Virus record (IMG/VR): IMGVR_UViG_3300042260_000461
Location: 1 to 56,979 of that record
Length of the DNA stretch: 56,979 nucleotides
DNA from: a virus
Lineage: Duplodnaviria > Caudoviricetes
Reading direction: 5' to 3' (one strand)
The notes under the pieces were generated by a model. That model was not told the origin of the DNA. It worked only from the letters and a program-made list of their open reading frames with translations, and did no database searches. Positions 12,301-18,320 of this stretch are shown here, one piece after another. Each line of letters begins with the position of its first letter. Within the stretch, counting starts at the first letter, position 1. A program made the translations under genes and the position numbers.

Positions 12301-13904
12301 CGCTTGAGGGCGATGGTGCGGGCGTTGCCCGACTCCACCAGGCCATCAGCGCCAACAATCGGCGCGCCCGTGGCGGCGTCAGCCGACAAGCCCAAGCGGG
12401 CCGGGTCGAGCTTTTGCACGATGCTGGAGACCTGCAACTCGCTGGCCGAACGGCTGCGGTCGCGGGGCTGCAATTCCTGGGGGTACAGGCTGTTGGGGCG
12501 CAGGCTCTCGTCGTGCGATGTCACCAGGTCGGCGGCATCCATCAGGGCGTACTGGCCATTGAGCCTGACGCCTGCCTCGGTCGAAAAGCTGGTGGATGCG
12601 CCCGGCTGGGCCTTTGGCCAAGACTGGGCGATGCTGGCGCGCTCGCTGGCCAACTCCTGGGCCTTGGTCGCCAGTTCGGCGCGCTCCTGGTCAAAGGCGG
12701 GGCCGTAGCCGTTCTCGGCGGTCAATTCCTGTGTGCGCTCGGCAATGCGTGAGATCTCGGTATCGATCTCGCCCACACGGTCCAGGGCAGTGAGCGATAC
12801 CGGCGTGCGCAGGGCTTTCTCGGCCTCGGTAGGCTGCGTCACAGCCATATTGGGCGCAGTGGCCGATTGCGGTGTGACAGGTGCTTGGCTCTGTGCTGGC
12901 GCTGGCTGGGGGGCGTTTCCGGATTCAGGTGTGATGGGCTTTTGTTCCCCAGCCTGGCCGATGGCGTTGCGGGCAGCCGAATACGTGTTCATGCCGCCGC
13001 CCATACCGGCACCGGCCACCATGCCCTGGGCGGCAGCCTCTGGCACGCCCTCGTCCCATGGCTTGCCCAATGCCAGGTTGGTGAAAACCTGCTCCTGGGC
13101 AGACTGCGGCAGTTCCTCCAGCACACCCTCTTTGAATGTGCCCTTGGCGATCTCTTTGCCAGCCTGCACAAGGCTCTGGCGCTGTGCGCCGCCCATGCCT
13201 GCAACGGCTGCGCCGACTTCAGCATCACGGAAGCCGGGAATCTTGGATGTGACCAGGCTGATGGCAGCCGTGCCCAAGCCGCCAGCAACGGCGGCAGGAG
13301 CGGTGTCGGTGTAGTCTCGGCCAGCTTGGCGGCCTGCCTCCTGAATACTGCCTGCGGTCATCGCGCCTTCGGTGGCTGCGCCGATGCCGGTCAACTTGGC
13401 AATGGTTGCAGGCTTGGCCAAGAAGGCGGCAGCCTCAGCGGTACCGGCCTTGATACCGGCAGAGGCCAGCATCTTCGAGGCGGCGGCGCGCACTGCGGCG
13501 GCACCGCCCAACATCATCGGCGTGGATTCAACGATGGAGCCAACGGCAGCGCTGGGGTTTTGCACCAGGGCCTTGGTCGTGTCCACGAAGCCTTTGGCCT
13601 GCGAAACCTCACGATTGGCCTGCTGGCGCGGGTCGCTGTAAAAGTCGCTCAGGATCTGCTTGGTTTGCTCAGGGTCGTAGCCCATAGCCCCCAAGCCCTT
13701 GCCCACCAGGTTGCCGGTGGCCAGATCTGCCAGGCCTACGGCAGACTCACCAAACCCAACAACGCCCTTGGCCAGGTCGATGCCTGAGTCGGCAATAGCC
13801 TCGCCCCAAGTGCGATCGCGCTGATCTGGTTTTTTCTTCGACTGCTCTTGGTCCGGAACAAACCGACCACTAGACTCAGAATTTTCGTCCGGTACAAATG
13901 CCAT
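336..13904 (-). CDS. Giant DarB-like polyvalent (probably virion-injected) protein: DdrB/ParB-like, second ParB-like, RelA/SpoT-like synthetase, N6-adenine methyltransferase, SNF2 helicase, zincin metallopeptidase and C-terminal LPD-like domains
   Basis: 4522 aa. Motifs: VESGNARTIAL; LKPTQ..DGHHQW; K..RSVEK/DMLRSTI/GY/EIQI/HKLYE; ILEPGAGIG and NPPF; AHAVGSGKT, DEAH, QREGRIVRQG; HEAAH. Last gene of the late arm, after the ejection genes. Confidence 0.9.
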   Translation of the reverse strand: MAFVPDENSESSGRFVPDQEQSKKKPDQRDRTWGEAIADSGIDLAKGVVGFGESAVGLADLATGNLVGKGLGAMGYDPEQTKQILSDFYSDPRQQANREVSQAKGFVDTTKALVQNPSAAVGSIVESTPMMLGGAAAVRAAASKMLASAGIKAGTAEAAAFLAKPATIAKLTGIGAATEGAMTAGSIQEAGRQAGRDYTDTAPAAVAGGLGTAAISLVTSKIPGFRDAEVGAAVAGMGGAQRQSLVQAGKEIAKGTFKEGVLEELPQSAQEQVFTNLALGKPWDEGVPEAAAQGMVAGAGMGGGMNTYSAARNAIGQAGEQKPITPESGNAPQPAPAQSQAPVTPQSATAPNMAVTQPTEAEKALRTPVSLTALDRVGEIDTEISRIAERTQELTAENGYGPAFDQERAELATKAQELASERASIAQSWPKAQPGASTSFSTEAGVRLNGQYALMDAADLVTSHDESLRPNSLYPQELQPRDRSRSASELQVSSIVQKLDPARLGLSADAATGAPIVGADGLVESGNARTIALKRVYQANGQKAEDYKAWLRENAGQFGLTPEAVDGLAKPVLVRLRQTPVNRAEFARQANASTVQRMSPSEQAVSDSKRLASLEGLSPDDAGDFTTSYDFIRQFMAMLPITEQSDMVESDGRLSTFGYRRIQNAVLAKAYGDSPTLRRMTESMDDNLRNVTKALVRVAPTIAASRERMQAGTLYEADIAPDLLAAVEGLSALKEKGWSVADELGQGDLTGAKYSPEASQLLTLLADNIRSPRRIAEFVQRYYEALEAAGDPSQGLIFGDTDTAPARADLLKSARGNDNGNTAQDTQRRDPGEGAQADAPGGQQSQDAPSNRGGDQGDGAARATAATQAGEQSEWVMFPPDTGTIGIPRAEMPQVKSEHRGALIQFLQGKGIEHKTVERPAADLKPTQAEFSSKKAERWKQVRDGVDRSVLASADGYVLDGHHQWVAALAMNEPVKVIEFDAPIRDLMAATFQFPSVKRSDGAATDQARAQARQDFKDAMADLAMIATKHTRLMMVPEKTPDLMPTLIRLMEAGIKEVGYSLKDLVAYVKQALKNDPKLKTFWNKIATDLYRKAAEQAMARESAQRVDDLFAAAEARMGQQDLFGDALADLADKPKAAMIDGRPYDMKLDNFAPPETDTFIPADVLANARDQIGRLLKSAAPVEISAQDREKAEKLLKPLIERANEAKAEYDQKIIDIAKSTGALGQMLAPVKGLARSVEKLVTDEGVNFDPGKMYDMLRSTIVVSSYADAQAVVDAIRKEFEILPKRIKDQSDAGIKATEVSGKAGFLDSGYGQVLVNVRTANGTTAEIQINVPEMLAVKNAEGHKLYEIERAEPEGSETQANAIAAQREIYPLAASAAAARAAATTSAGLPAASKKPASVNLDQRKGHQVVGDMPSQGDFSLSTKRLPSGNSTYTNSTPSSSVKSMPNSQPGGNLSGTFISTPLDTTVPQISGNGYTGEKTGDQDANDNAGQGRDQGEGTRAVSQPGGKRPTQRVRPRPGGSDLFAGGDADANAADQGGVGQAGADGVRGQDANSKQPQPRDRAGRNAGVPAGRDIPAKSGRNYAFSASDLSYEGSWFKKAEQNLEAIELLLSLEKDGRQATREEQAKLAKFIGWGASEIANNLFGDKLDKAAEALSNYDEAIAALGDRPFLTNARYGEYAPAFRVLQYRNPQLTWYTAGNITREMLDKAKPEPSVRKWVELRNRLKASMSEKEWAEASRSTQYAHYTSKEVVRSMWRALDRMGFKGGAILEPGAGIGVFPGLMPAAMAANSIYTGIEFDSFTGRILKQLFPDERILVESFVDSKLPKNFYDVSVGNPPFSGTKILSDPEYAKRAFSLHDYFFAKSIDRTKPGGLVVYVTSRYTMDKLDDKARQYLADRADLVGAIRLPQTAFKQNAGTEVVTDVIFLRKKVPGETFEGAQSWGKSVPLKVNGNDYNINEYFVANPDMVLGTHSDAGSMYKDREYTVAPLDGDIEALFDKAINRLPEGIYTAERGSSAEAAKVREIDFNPKAKKEGNYYVSDSGALMVREGGVGQRVELRSQADVQLIKDFVPLRDALKQAHYDQLNEGDWETSIKALQKAYADFTKKHGQINQFTLKSVKSKVVDEDTGETYTDETQVRVYTLLRKLEDDPDYTLVAALETINEDTGEIKPSAFLTERVLGKPDAASVNTPVDAMLSSLNDVGHVDIPLIAQRVGLTEAETIEALGSAIYEDPAVSWVTADEYLSGNVKRKLDEARTAAKTDKRFERNVAALEAAQPAPKTPSQINVGIGMNWVPGAVYSQFLRELAGVRAQVSWNERTKQWSVQEVSGGKTMQATADWGTADRNVTDIMEHALTGRPIRITKSQGYGKDKTTVFDSAGTEAANQKLEALREAFANWVWKDAERTDSLVRIYNDTFNTTVPRSFDGRHLTLPGTSKAFSVFDHVKRGAWRIIQRGNTYLAHAVGSGKTFQMVISAMEQKRLGLIKKPMIVVPNHMLKQFAHEWQMLYPAARLMVADEKNFHTDNRRRFVSRVALSDLDGVVITHSAFKLLDLDPEFKSKMIEEQLDYMRAALEEAEAEDGKGGKKSPRIKQIEKQIENMEQKLEAAMASTGKDTNVRFDELGVDMLYVDEAHEFRKLDFTTSRQVKGISPQGSARAFDLYMKSRYLEQKNPGRSLVLASGTPVTNTLAELYTVQKFMDRQALEDRGIEDFDSWASMFGRERTVLEPNAAGKYEPVTRFSKFVNVPELTQMFREFADVLTSDTLAALLGDKRPKVENGSRKIIVTPKTGAYDGYQSDLSARVEKSRAWKPTKDEPNNPDPMIRIIGDGRLAAIDMRFIDPSLPSDPDSKLNRMIDDVIRVLTETKDMEYRDKAGNVEPNKGAATMVFSDLGFGEGVAANRGFNARAWFEKRLRDAGMPMNQVAFMSDYKKSADKLKLFKDVNAGRVRLLVGSSKNMGTGVNAQQRLKALFHLDSPWYPADLEQREGRIVRQGNKNPLVQLYAYAAKGTYDENMWKMLASKQFFIDQALSGDANLRELEDLDSQSQYDLAAAMVAEDPRILQLAGARAEIEKLQRLYRAHEDQRARFKSQYDMARTTVEFNQKRMPEAEKMAALVQDLSGDKFRAKVMGKTLAERADWAEALIAKYKDLTARGETKPMTIGEISGFPVVFGGETVAGQFMTKVMLGTPDPILLIADAGTSPIGVAMRAQNAVSDVARLPAKMRERITEAKAQIDALTSRLESPFPMAGMLADKVKEANDLEDMIASDSKPKTWRVENKASGLGFDVQATNADEAITKAVSTNGGAAEDWMATEASEVKPAEDTRLSRGAGAASGGVSVDDLDAMVRGVKATMPNMPKVTVLSDPSKAPKGLREYIIRQDAWDDVEGAFHEGGLYLFASGLSDMARAEHVLLEHEAAHFGLRALLGDSLKTAMALVSANNANVRRAAFEIQKRGNKMSTAEAVEEAIVDIPTAQLAKLKGWRKVTVMVRDWLLAHGYKNLANKLSDLLEGSLTQQQRADLFVAELVRGAREYVAGKSPVSRVGYMGDTRLSTTLKDDIERQEKWLQTEARARGFTDVEDMLAKDYPLFERLAAKWREKNPAEDGVMLSRRKDARERADEILSQKAGSRAPLDALAKGLTRITGIERLTGAIYDRAGYLLDRYTPETIKAGVVADYGVPQAVIDQRVLLQGRQRVQLRKAGELIEKLSTLTREESRVAYEWMNMDGADPKAYVSMMQGLPEESVKVLQDVQKMIDQLSREAVRLGQLSPEAYEANKYAYLRRSYAKHILEQTAGEKAKRARVISILGDQYKGRGLTEAATMAKLKNTAPEWWGRKLVKGKADAGLKGEKFVRLERRAASGEGTKPLEGMEGKALGKLLEVAYWPAGETIPSQYSEWSKAGTFEVRDVKGENVIFWRDFTKDERETMGEVDEARFAIAKTLHGMIHDVEVGRYLEWMAHGYALKEGETIPGEVVEASERYRDTFKPGEWVRVPDTKISGTSVAKYGKLAGRYLPGPVWNDLRQVVNGQFKPFGDTYAQILSMWKTAKTALSPAVHMNNVMSNFVMADWHDVGAAHVAKSLRLILAASQREGQGALGGLGNKLAKAGIADREAAREILNRYTDSGGDVGSWVTNEIAKDQLEPLLAKLEQELAATGGQSAQAEVGVMSALQNALMLRFPTAWEAFKGSKPGKAIGTEANSLIDLYQAEDDVFRLAAWLKAKEEGATDIDAGKASRRSFLDYSINAPWIQAMRQSAWPFISFTYRAVPMLAEIAGKKPHKLMKLMLLAGALNALGGMLAGGDGDDEERKLLPEEKAGKIWGMVPKLIRMPWNDQHGSPVYLDIRRFIPVGDVFDVGAGQAAVPVLPGMMPGGPLVLFGEVVFNKSAFTGKPITLDTDTPLQKAEKVADHLYKAFAPNVLGLPGTYATTGVSEAAQGKTDAFGREQSVAQAVASSFGVKLGSYPADVLRRNLNAKAQAEIAEVEKNIAQLKRQRQTNRISQDEFQEAVQVEVQKKTKIMRDLAEKVK
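9125..9445 (-). CDS. Nested +1-frame gene, TnpV-like helical protein (106 aa)
   Basis: GGAGA RBS 5 nt before ATG. KEKAPALYRSLAASGQLNEY..KEG..MECAARM..REIVLAEML resembles the TnpV family. The host frame here is low-complexity linker. Confidence 0.7.
   Translation of the reverse strand: MQTITLVKDAIKEKAPALYRSLAASGQLNEYAQDLADQISSQVVTLTQTQRIKEGWDKLGPMECAARMRTASSLNREIVLAEMLEFPQDATSPQSPDETTPSQPPT
9471..9488. promoter_or_regulatory. 18-bp operator inside the giant gene, within a divergent promoter
   Basis: ATATCC-ATTTCC-GGATAT, a perfect match to the motif at the cI/cro and early promoters. It overlaps a minus-strand -10 TATACT (9468-9473); a plus-strand extended -10 TGgTACAGT lies at 9492-9500. 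Confidence 0.75.
9520..9789 (+). CDS. Nested antisense gene (89 aa), candidate antitoxin of the embedded RelA/SpoT-like domain
   Basis: GAGAGG RBS and its own extended -10. Globular-looking aromatic/acidic sequence (MNVPDRFPPGCEFGMDLTDDDGVELVYVEFPDGKRFV...). Ends tail-to-tail with the synthetase domain. Confidence 0.65.
   Translation: MNVPDRFPPGCEFGMDLTDDDGVELVYVEFPDGKRFVLNEKSPWDGMSPTTWWPLRWSRLTEAGFLEAAGKPAEVVAAARAAAAEAASG
11276..11449 (-). CDS. Nested +1-frame gene (57 aa), basic helical protein
   Basis: GAGGA RBS 8 nt before ATG. MATLPKTPSGETLEKVRKLMRQVDSNPKMRRAIAAAIKAMGLPAPLPQPKQESKANG*. Below the ORF-track cutoff; the host frame is low-complexity. Confidence 0.6.
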   Translation of the reverse strand: MATLPKTPSGETLEKVRKLMRQVDSNPKMRRAIAAAIKAMGLPAPLPQPKQESKANG

Positions 13905-13937
13905 TGCGCAACCTCATCAGAATGTCTCCGATGAGGG

Positions 13938-13952
13938 TGCCATGCTTGCCAC
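13938..13952 (-). promoter_or_regulatory. Recurrent late-gene upstream motif GTGGCAAGCATGGCA
   Basis: Identical copies at 13938, 17916, 31977 and 36065, and a variant at 30554, each just upstream of a minus-strand late gene. Confidence 0.7.
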
Positions 13953-13955
13953 CAA

Positions 13956-15599
13956 TTACTGCCAGGTGCCGGACTTGCCGCCGATGGTGATCCGGTCGCC
14001 CTTCTTGATCTTGCCCTCTTTGGCGGCCTTTTCTGCATCGGCCTCACTGGCAAATGTCGCCCCGGCAGGCTTGGCAGAAGCAGGCATGGCCCAGCGGCCA
14101 TTGGTCTTGGCGTAACCCATGGTCTCCATCACCTTGTCGGCGGACGCCACGGCATCCTCGGGCTTGGCCATGTTCTTGATGCCAGCGGCCACGAAGTCCT
14201 TGTGCAACTCGCCAGGGTCCTGGGTTTTCTTGGTCAGGGCCATTTCCAGGCCTGAGCGCATGTCAGGCGCAAGGCCAGCATTGACCATGGCCTGAGCCAG
14301 CTTGACCTCAGAAGGCGCGTTCTTGCTGTCCGGACTCACATCGATGACGCCACGGCGCACTGCCTCCAACTCGGCAGCGGTCGCATTCGGGTTGCGCTGC
14401 TTGAACAGTTCCACGGCAGCGGCAGCCTTGGCGGTCTTGTCGTTCTGTTCGGTCGTGGCGGATGTGGATGCGCGAGCATCGGCATTCTTGGACAGTTGCA
14501 GCTGCTCGTTGCCGCGCCGGTTGGTTTCGCTCTGGTAGAAACGGTTGAACACTTCACCGGCCTTACCCAGTGAGTCCAGTTCGGCCACGGTGTTGATCGT
14601 GCGGGTGTTGCCCTGGCTATCCTTAAACTGAATGACACGGGTCTCCACACCATCCTTGTTCTTGACCATCTTGTCAGAGATCACGTTGGCCGGGTCAAAC
14701 TGCACCTTGCCGTTGGCATTGAAGGCCTTGGCCACCTCCTGGAGCGAGCCGCCAGACTGGGCCAGGCGCAAAGTCTTTTCGTAGCCCTCGCTTTGCACCT
14801 TGTTGAGCAGGTCGGTGAATTCTCCAAAGGCCTTGGCATCGAGCTTGCCAAAGCGGGCATCGTGGTCGATCAGTGAGGCGCGGTCGGCCAGCGCATCGCC
14901 CACCGAGTACTCGGGACGGGCAGGTGCCACAGGGGCTAGGCCCAACTCGGGGCCTGCTTTGCCGGAGGCCTTGGCCCCTTCATAGTCAGCCAGGCGCTTT
15001 TGGTATTCGCCCATGGCCTGGTTGTAGGACTGCTGGTTTTGGCCAAAGCGTGAGGACGAAAACAGGCCCTTGCGCCCTTCCTCGTATTCCTTTTGTTTGG
15101 CCACTTCCTCGTCCTGGCGCTCCCAGTTCTTTTGCTCGCGGCCAAAGCGCTGTTGCTCCTGGGTAAAGCGTGCCTCGTCACGCTGGCCAGCAATGGCCTG
15201 CTGCTCCATCTGCATGCCGCGCACGGGGTCGAACTTCTTGAGGACACCGGCCATGGCCATGGTCTTGGCGTTGTTAGCCTGGCTGGGCGTCATGGTGCCC
15301 GCCGTGCGCTGCCCCATGAAATCAGTCACGCCCTGCTGGGCGATCACGGCAGTCTCGCCGCCAGCTTTGGGGGTGACTGTGTAGCCCTTCTTGCCCTCGT
15401 CATAGGCGATGTCGTACTGGCCAGACTCGGCAGCGGCGCGCAGTTGGTCGCCCTGCTCTGCTGTGAAGCCTTCGCTCGTGGTGGGCTGCTCGCTGGCAAT
15501 CTTGCGCATCTCGGAGTCCTGCAAGACCTTGCTCACAGTGCCGTAGCCCTGATTGAAGCCCTCGAAGAACTCTGCAACTCGGTTTCGACGTGCCATCAC
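13956..15599 (-). CDS. Putative internal virion/DNA ejection protein
   Basis: 547 aa, Ala/Gln/Lys-rich and helical; lies between an ejection gene and the giant gene. Confidence 0.65.
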   Translation of the reverse strand: MMARRNRVAEFFEGFNQGYGTVSKVLQDSEMRKIASEQPTTSEGFTAEQGDQLRAAAESGQYDIAYDEGKKGYTVTPKAGGETAVIAQQGVTDFMGQRTAGTMTPSQANNAKTMAMAGVLKKFDPVRGMQMEQQAIAGQRDEARFTQEQQRFGREQKNWERQDEEVAKQKEYEEGRKGLFSSSRFGQNQQSYNQAMGEYQKRLADYEGAKASGKAGPELGLAPVAPARPEYSVGDALADRASLIDHDARFGKLDAKAFGEFTDLLNKVQSEGYEKTLRLAQSGGSLQEVAKAFNANGKVQFDPANVISDKMVKNKDGVETRVIQFKDSQGNTRTINTVAELDSLGKAGEVFNRFYQSETNRRGNEQLQLSKNADARASTSATTEQNDKTAKAAAAVELFKQRNPNATAAELEAVRRGVIDVSPDSKNAPSEVKLAQAMVNAGLAPDMRSGLEMALTKKTQDPGELHKDFVAAGIKNMAKPEDAVASADKVMETMGYAKTNGRWAMPASAKPAGATFASEADAEKAAKEGKIKKGDRITIGGKSGTWQ

Positions 15600-16717
15600 T
15601 TCACCTCTTCAAATTCGATGCCCAGCATCTGGTAGTTGACCGAGGCAAAGCCCATGTCGTCGTACACCACGGCATCCGGGAACCGTGGCTCAACCTCATC
15701 GGCCATGACGCCACGGAAGCGGGTCGGGTTGCCGGTGTAGTTGAACTCGTACAGGTTCAGGCCCGTGGCCTCATCTTTGCCAACCAGGACAATGTTTTCC
15801 TTGAGTCGGCGGTCTGAGAAGGCTGTGTACAGGCTGGCAGCGCCACCCAGCACAGAGCCCACGCCACCGAGGCCGCTGTCCATGTCAGCCACAGACTTGG
15901 CGTAGTTGCCTTGAGCGTTCATCACACCAGTCAGGCCCGTCATGGCGATCTGGCGGCCATTCATGGTGGTGTTTGCGCCCGTGGTCATGCCAGTCATCAA
16001 TGCCCCACCTGGGGCCATCTGGTTTGTCATGGCGCTGTTGCCACTGTTGGTACCGGCAGAGTAGAAGCTGGGCGCGCTCGAAGCCATGCCCGAGTAGGTG
16101 TTGAGCGTGTCGCCCATGCGCGCATAGGACTTGTCCACGGCCTGGGTGCGTCCGGTGTTGGCAGCGCCCGCCTTGGCTGTTGCCGCGCCCAGATCCATGA
16201 CGCCCTGCATGGCAGCAAATCGCCCGCTGTTGGGGTTGACGCTCATGCGCGTCATGGCTCGATTGGTCTGCTGGCGCTGGTTGTCCATCGCGGCAGACAC
16301 ATCGGCCACGTTCTCCGTGGCCGCCTTATCCATCTGGATCTGCAACTCGGGCGAGACCTTGCCCATGGCGATGTCGCGCATGGCCTGCTGGAGCGGTCGG
16401 CCTTCGGTCTTGAAATTCTCGAAGCTGTAATTGCCCTGCTCGTAGGCCTGGTCCATGTTGCGCTTTTGAGCGTCAACGATGGGGCGAGCGATCTCAATGT
16501 TCTGCTCGTACTGGCGGCGCGACTCGGCCATTTGCTCGCGGCCAAGCTGCGCAGAGATCTCGGCGGCCTCCTTCGAGGCTTGAGCCACAGGGGTGTAGTC
16601 CGGTGGAGGCGGCGCATCGCCGCCAAAGTCCAGGTGGCACACGTTGCGCCAGTTGTTGCCGTGGATCTCGCGCAGCGACTCCAGCCGCTGCTCAAACCGT
16701 TCGCGTTTGGTTTTCAT
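15596..16717 (-). CDS. Putative ejection protein with C-terminal peptidase S74 / intramolecular chaperone domain
   Basis: True start MKTKRERF (AAGGAG RBS, ATGA overlap). GGDAPPPPDY motif, Gly/Ala/Met-rich body, SDRRLKENI..GVMADEV. Confidence 0.75.
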   Translation of the reverse strand: MKTKRERFEQRLESLREIHGNNWRNVCHLDFGGDAPPPPDYTPVAQASKEAAEISAQLGREQMAESRRQYEQNIEIARPIVDAQKRNMDQAYEQGNYSFENFKTEGRPLQQAMRDIAMGKVSPELQIQMDKAATENVADVSAAMDNQRQQTNRAMTRMSVNPNSGRFAAMQGVMDLGAATAKAGAANTGRTQAVDKSYARMGDTLNTYSGMASSAPSFYSAGTNSGNSAMTNQMAPGGALMTGMTTGANTTMNGRQIAMTGLTGVMNAQGNYAKSVADMDSGLGGVGSVLGGAASLYTAFSDRRLKENIVLVGKDEATGLNLYEFNYTGNPTRFRGVMADEVEPRFPDAVVYDDMGFASVNYQMLGIEFEEVK

Positions 16718-17904
16718 GGGGTGGCTCCTTCGCGGTGACGGGATGCAGCCACTTGGCCAATCACCGTATGAATATCGATGCTGTGCCGGGCTTCCATCTC
16801 GGCCATGTACTTGGCCAAGGTGTCGCCCTGCACCAGGTTGTAGATGGCGGGGGCCACGTCCAGGCCCCACTCGTACCCGCCCACCAGTTCGGCGCAAGTG
16901 ACGAACACGGCACCGACATGCACGCGCAGCATGTGCGCCTTGCGCCAGGCCTCACGGTCTGTCGTGGCCTCAAAGTGGTTGGCTGCATGCCAGGCCGAAA
17001 TGCCAGCGGCCAGCACCGGGGCCAGCACTGCGGCATGGCGCACGTAAAACGGATTGAGCGGCAGATCTACCAGGCAGGCGCGGAAAGCGGCATTTACGTC
17101 ATAGCCGCGCACTGCCTTGTCGCCATCGATGATGTCATCCCATGTGTGCAAGATGTTGTACAGCGCAGTGCACAGGCGAATGGCGTCCTGATCGCCCTGC
17201 ATGGCCTCGGCCAAGGTGGTGACGCCTTGGGTCTGCGTCTGGGCAGGCTTGCGCAGGATGTAGATGGCCGCCGTGATGTTGCCGCCATGGGGGGCGTGGT
17301 CGTGATCGCCAGCATGCGAGTAGCCCTCCATGAAGCGGTGCCAGCGGGAAAAGTCGGCCCGCACGTGGCGGGCTTGGCGCTCGACCGAAAACCCGGCAGC
17401 CTCGGCGTAAGTGGTCAAGGCGTCCGGGTGATGCACCGTGTAGCCCCAGCGGCTCTCGCTCACGCCACAGGTGCGGTTGTGCGAGACAAAGCCGAAATCT
17501 TTGATGCACAGCTTGCCGCCAGGCTTGAGCAGGCGCATGGCCTCATCGAGCAGCGGGCGGATGCGACCGTAGCCAAAGGACTCGTTGAACATCACCAGGT
17601 CCGCGCACCCATCGGGCAGGCCGGTGTTGGCCATGTCGGCAATGCGGATGGTCACGCCCGGCAGAACGTGGTCGGCCTGCACTGGCGAGTTGGTCACGCC
17701 AATGCACTCAAGGTCGGGGTTTTGGTGCCAAAAGTAGTGGCTGACGCCACCAATGCCGCAACCGAGATCCACCACAGTGCCAGTCGGCTGGTAGATCTCG
17801 TACAGAGCCCGGCAGTGCGCTTTCTCGTCAGGGGCGAACATCGCGCCCTGAAAGACGCGCATCCCGGCACTCAAAAACTCGCGGGTGGCATCCTCATAGT
17901 CCAT
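16714..17904 (-). CDS. Class I SAM methyltransferase fused to a DDxxD isoprenoid-synthase-like domain
   Basis: VVDLGCGIGG, NESFGY and RLLKPGG motifs; helical C-terminal half with HTWDDIIDGD. Confidence 0.8.
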   Translation of the reverse strand: MDYEDATREFLSAGMRVFQGAMFAPDEKAHCRALYEIYQPTGTVVDLGCGIGGVSHYFWHQNPDLECIGVTNSPVQADHVLPGVTIRIADMANTGLPDGCADLVMFNESFGYGRIRPLLDEAMRLLKPGGKLCIKDFGFVSHNRTCGVSESRWGYTVHHPDALTTYAEAAGFSVERQARHVRADFSRWHRFMEGYSHAGDHDHAPHGGNITAAIYILRKPAQTQTQGVTTLAEAMQGDQDAIRLCTALYNILHTWDDIIDGDKAVRGYDVNAAFRACLVDLPLNPFYVRHAAVLAPVLAAGISAWHAANHFEATTDREAWRKAHMLRVHVGAVFVTCAELVGGYEWGLDVAPAIYNLVQGDTLAKYMAEMEARHSIDIHTVIGQVAASRHREGATP

Positions 17905-17957
17905 TCATGGGAGGGTGCCATGCTTGCCACGGGGACAATCAGGGCGGTGAACTCCTG

Positions 17958-18320
17958 TCAGGCTGCTGGGGCCTCAGTGGCCCTGATGACCTTGAGCCGC
18001 TGGGCAGAAACATTGTGCAGAACCTCGTAAGGGTTCCTGCCTTGCGCATTGAACGCAGCGACTTCTCCATCAACGTCAACCTTCACGCTGTAAGTGTTGA
18101 TGCCATCATCGCCTTGGCCGATTTGCTGCACGTCCAGCACGCGCACACGATTGACATAGATTTCGTTCATGGCATTCATAATCGTTGCAGACTCAACGGC
18201 AACCATCTTTTTGACGCCTTCAAACTCAATTTCGACATTAAATGTTTTCATGGATTCAACTCCGTGCATTGACTGATAAATTGCGTGAGCCGTGTCAAGT
18301 TCGTACTGTTCCAGCATCAC
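17958..18320 (-). CDS. Hypothetical protein
   Basis: 120 aa, start overlaps the upstream stop, lower-GC segment. Confidence 0.6.
   Translation of the reverse strand: MMLEQYELDTAHAIYQSMHGVESMKTFNVEIEFEGVKKMVAVESATIMNAMNEIYVNRVRVLDVQQIGQGDDGINTYSVKVDVDGEVAAFNAQGRNPYEVLHNVSAQRLKVIRATEAPAA

Noticed and set aside
12830-12970. A fourth nested gene in the Pro/Ala/Gln linker of the giant protein
   Set aside because: No RBS-ATG in the +1 frame where I checked; TTTCCGGATT at about 12916 is only an operator half-site.
13938-13952. Late motif as a sigma54 promoter (starts TGGCA)
   Set aside because: GG-to-GC spacing is 8 nt rather than the required 10, and there is no TTGC at -12.
16718-16897. N-terminal extensions in the ORF track (also terL, Rz, cI, initiator, 25187-25747)
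   Set aside because: They overlap upstream genes or regulatory DNA; downstream starts fit better (RBS, stop-start coupling or family N-terminus).
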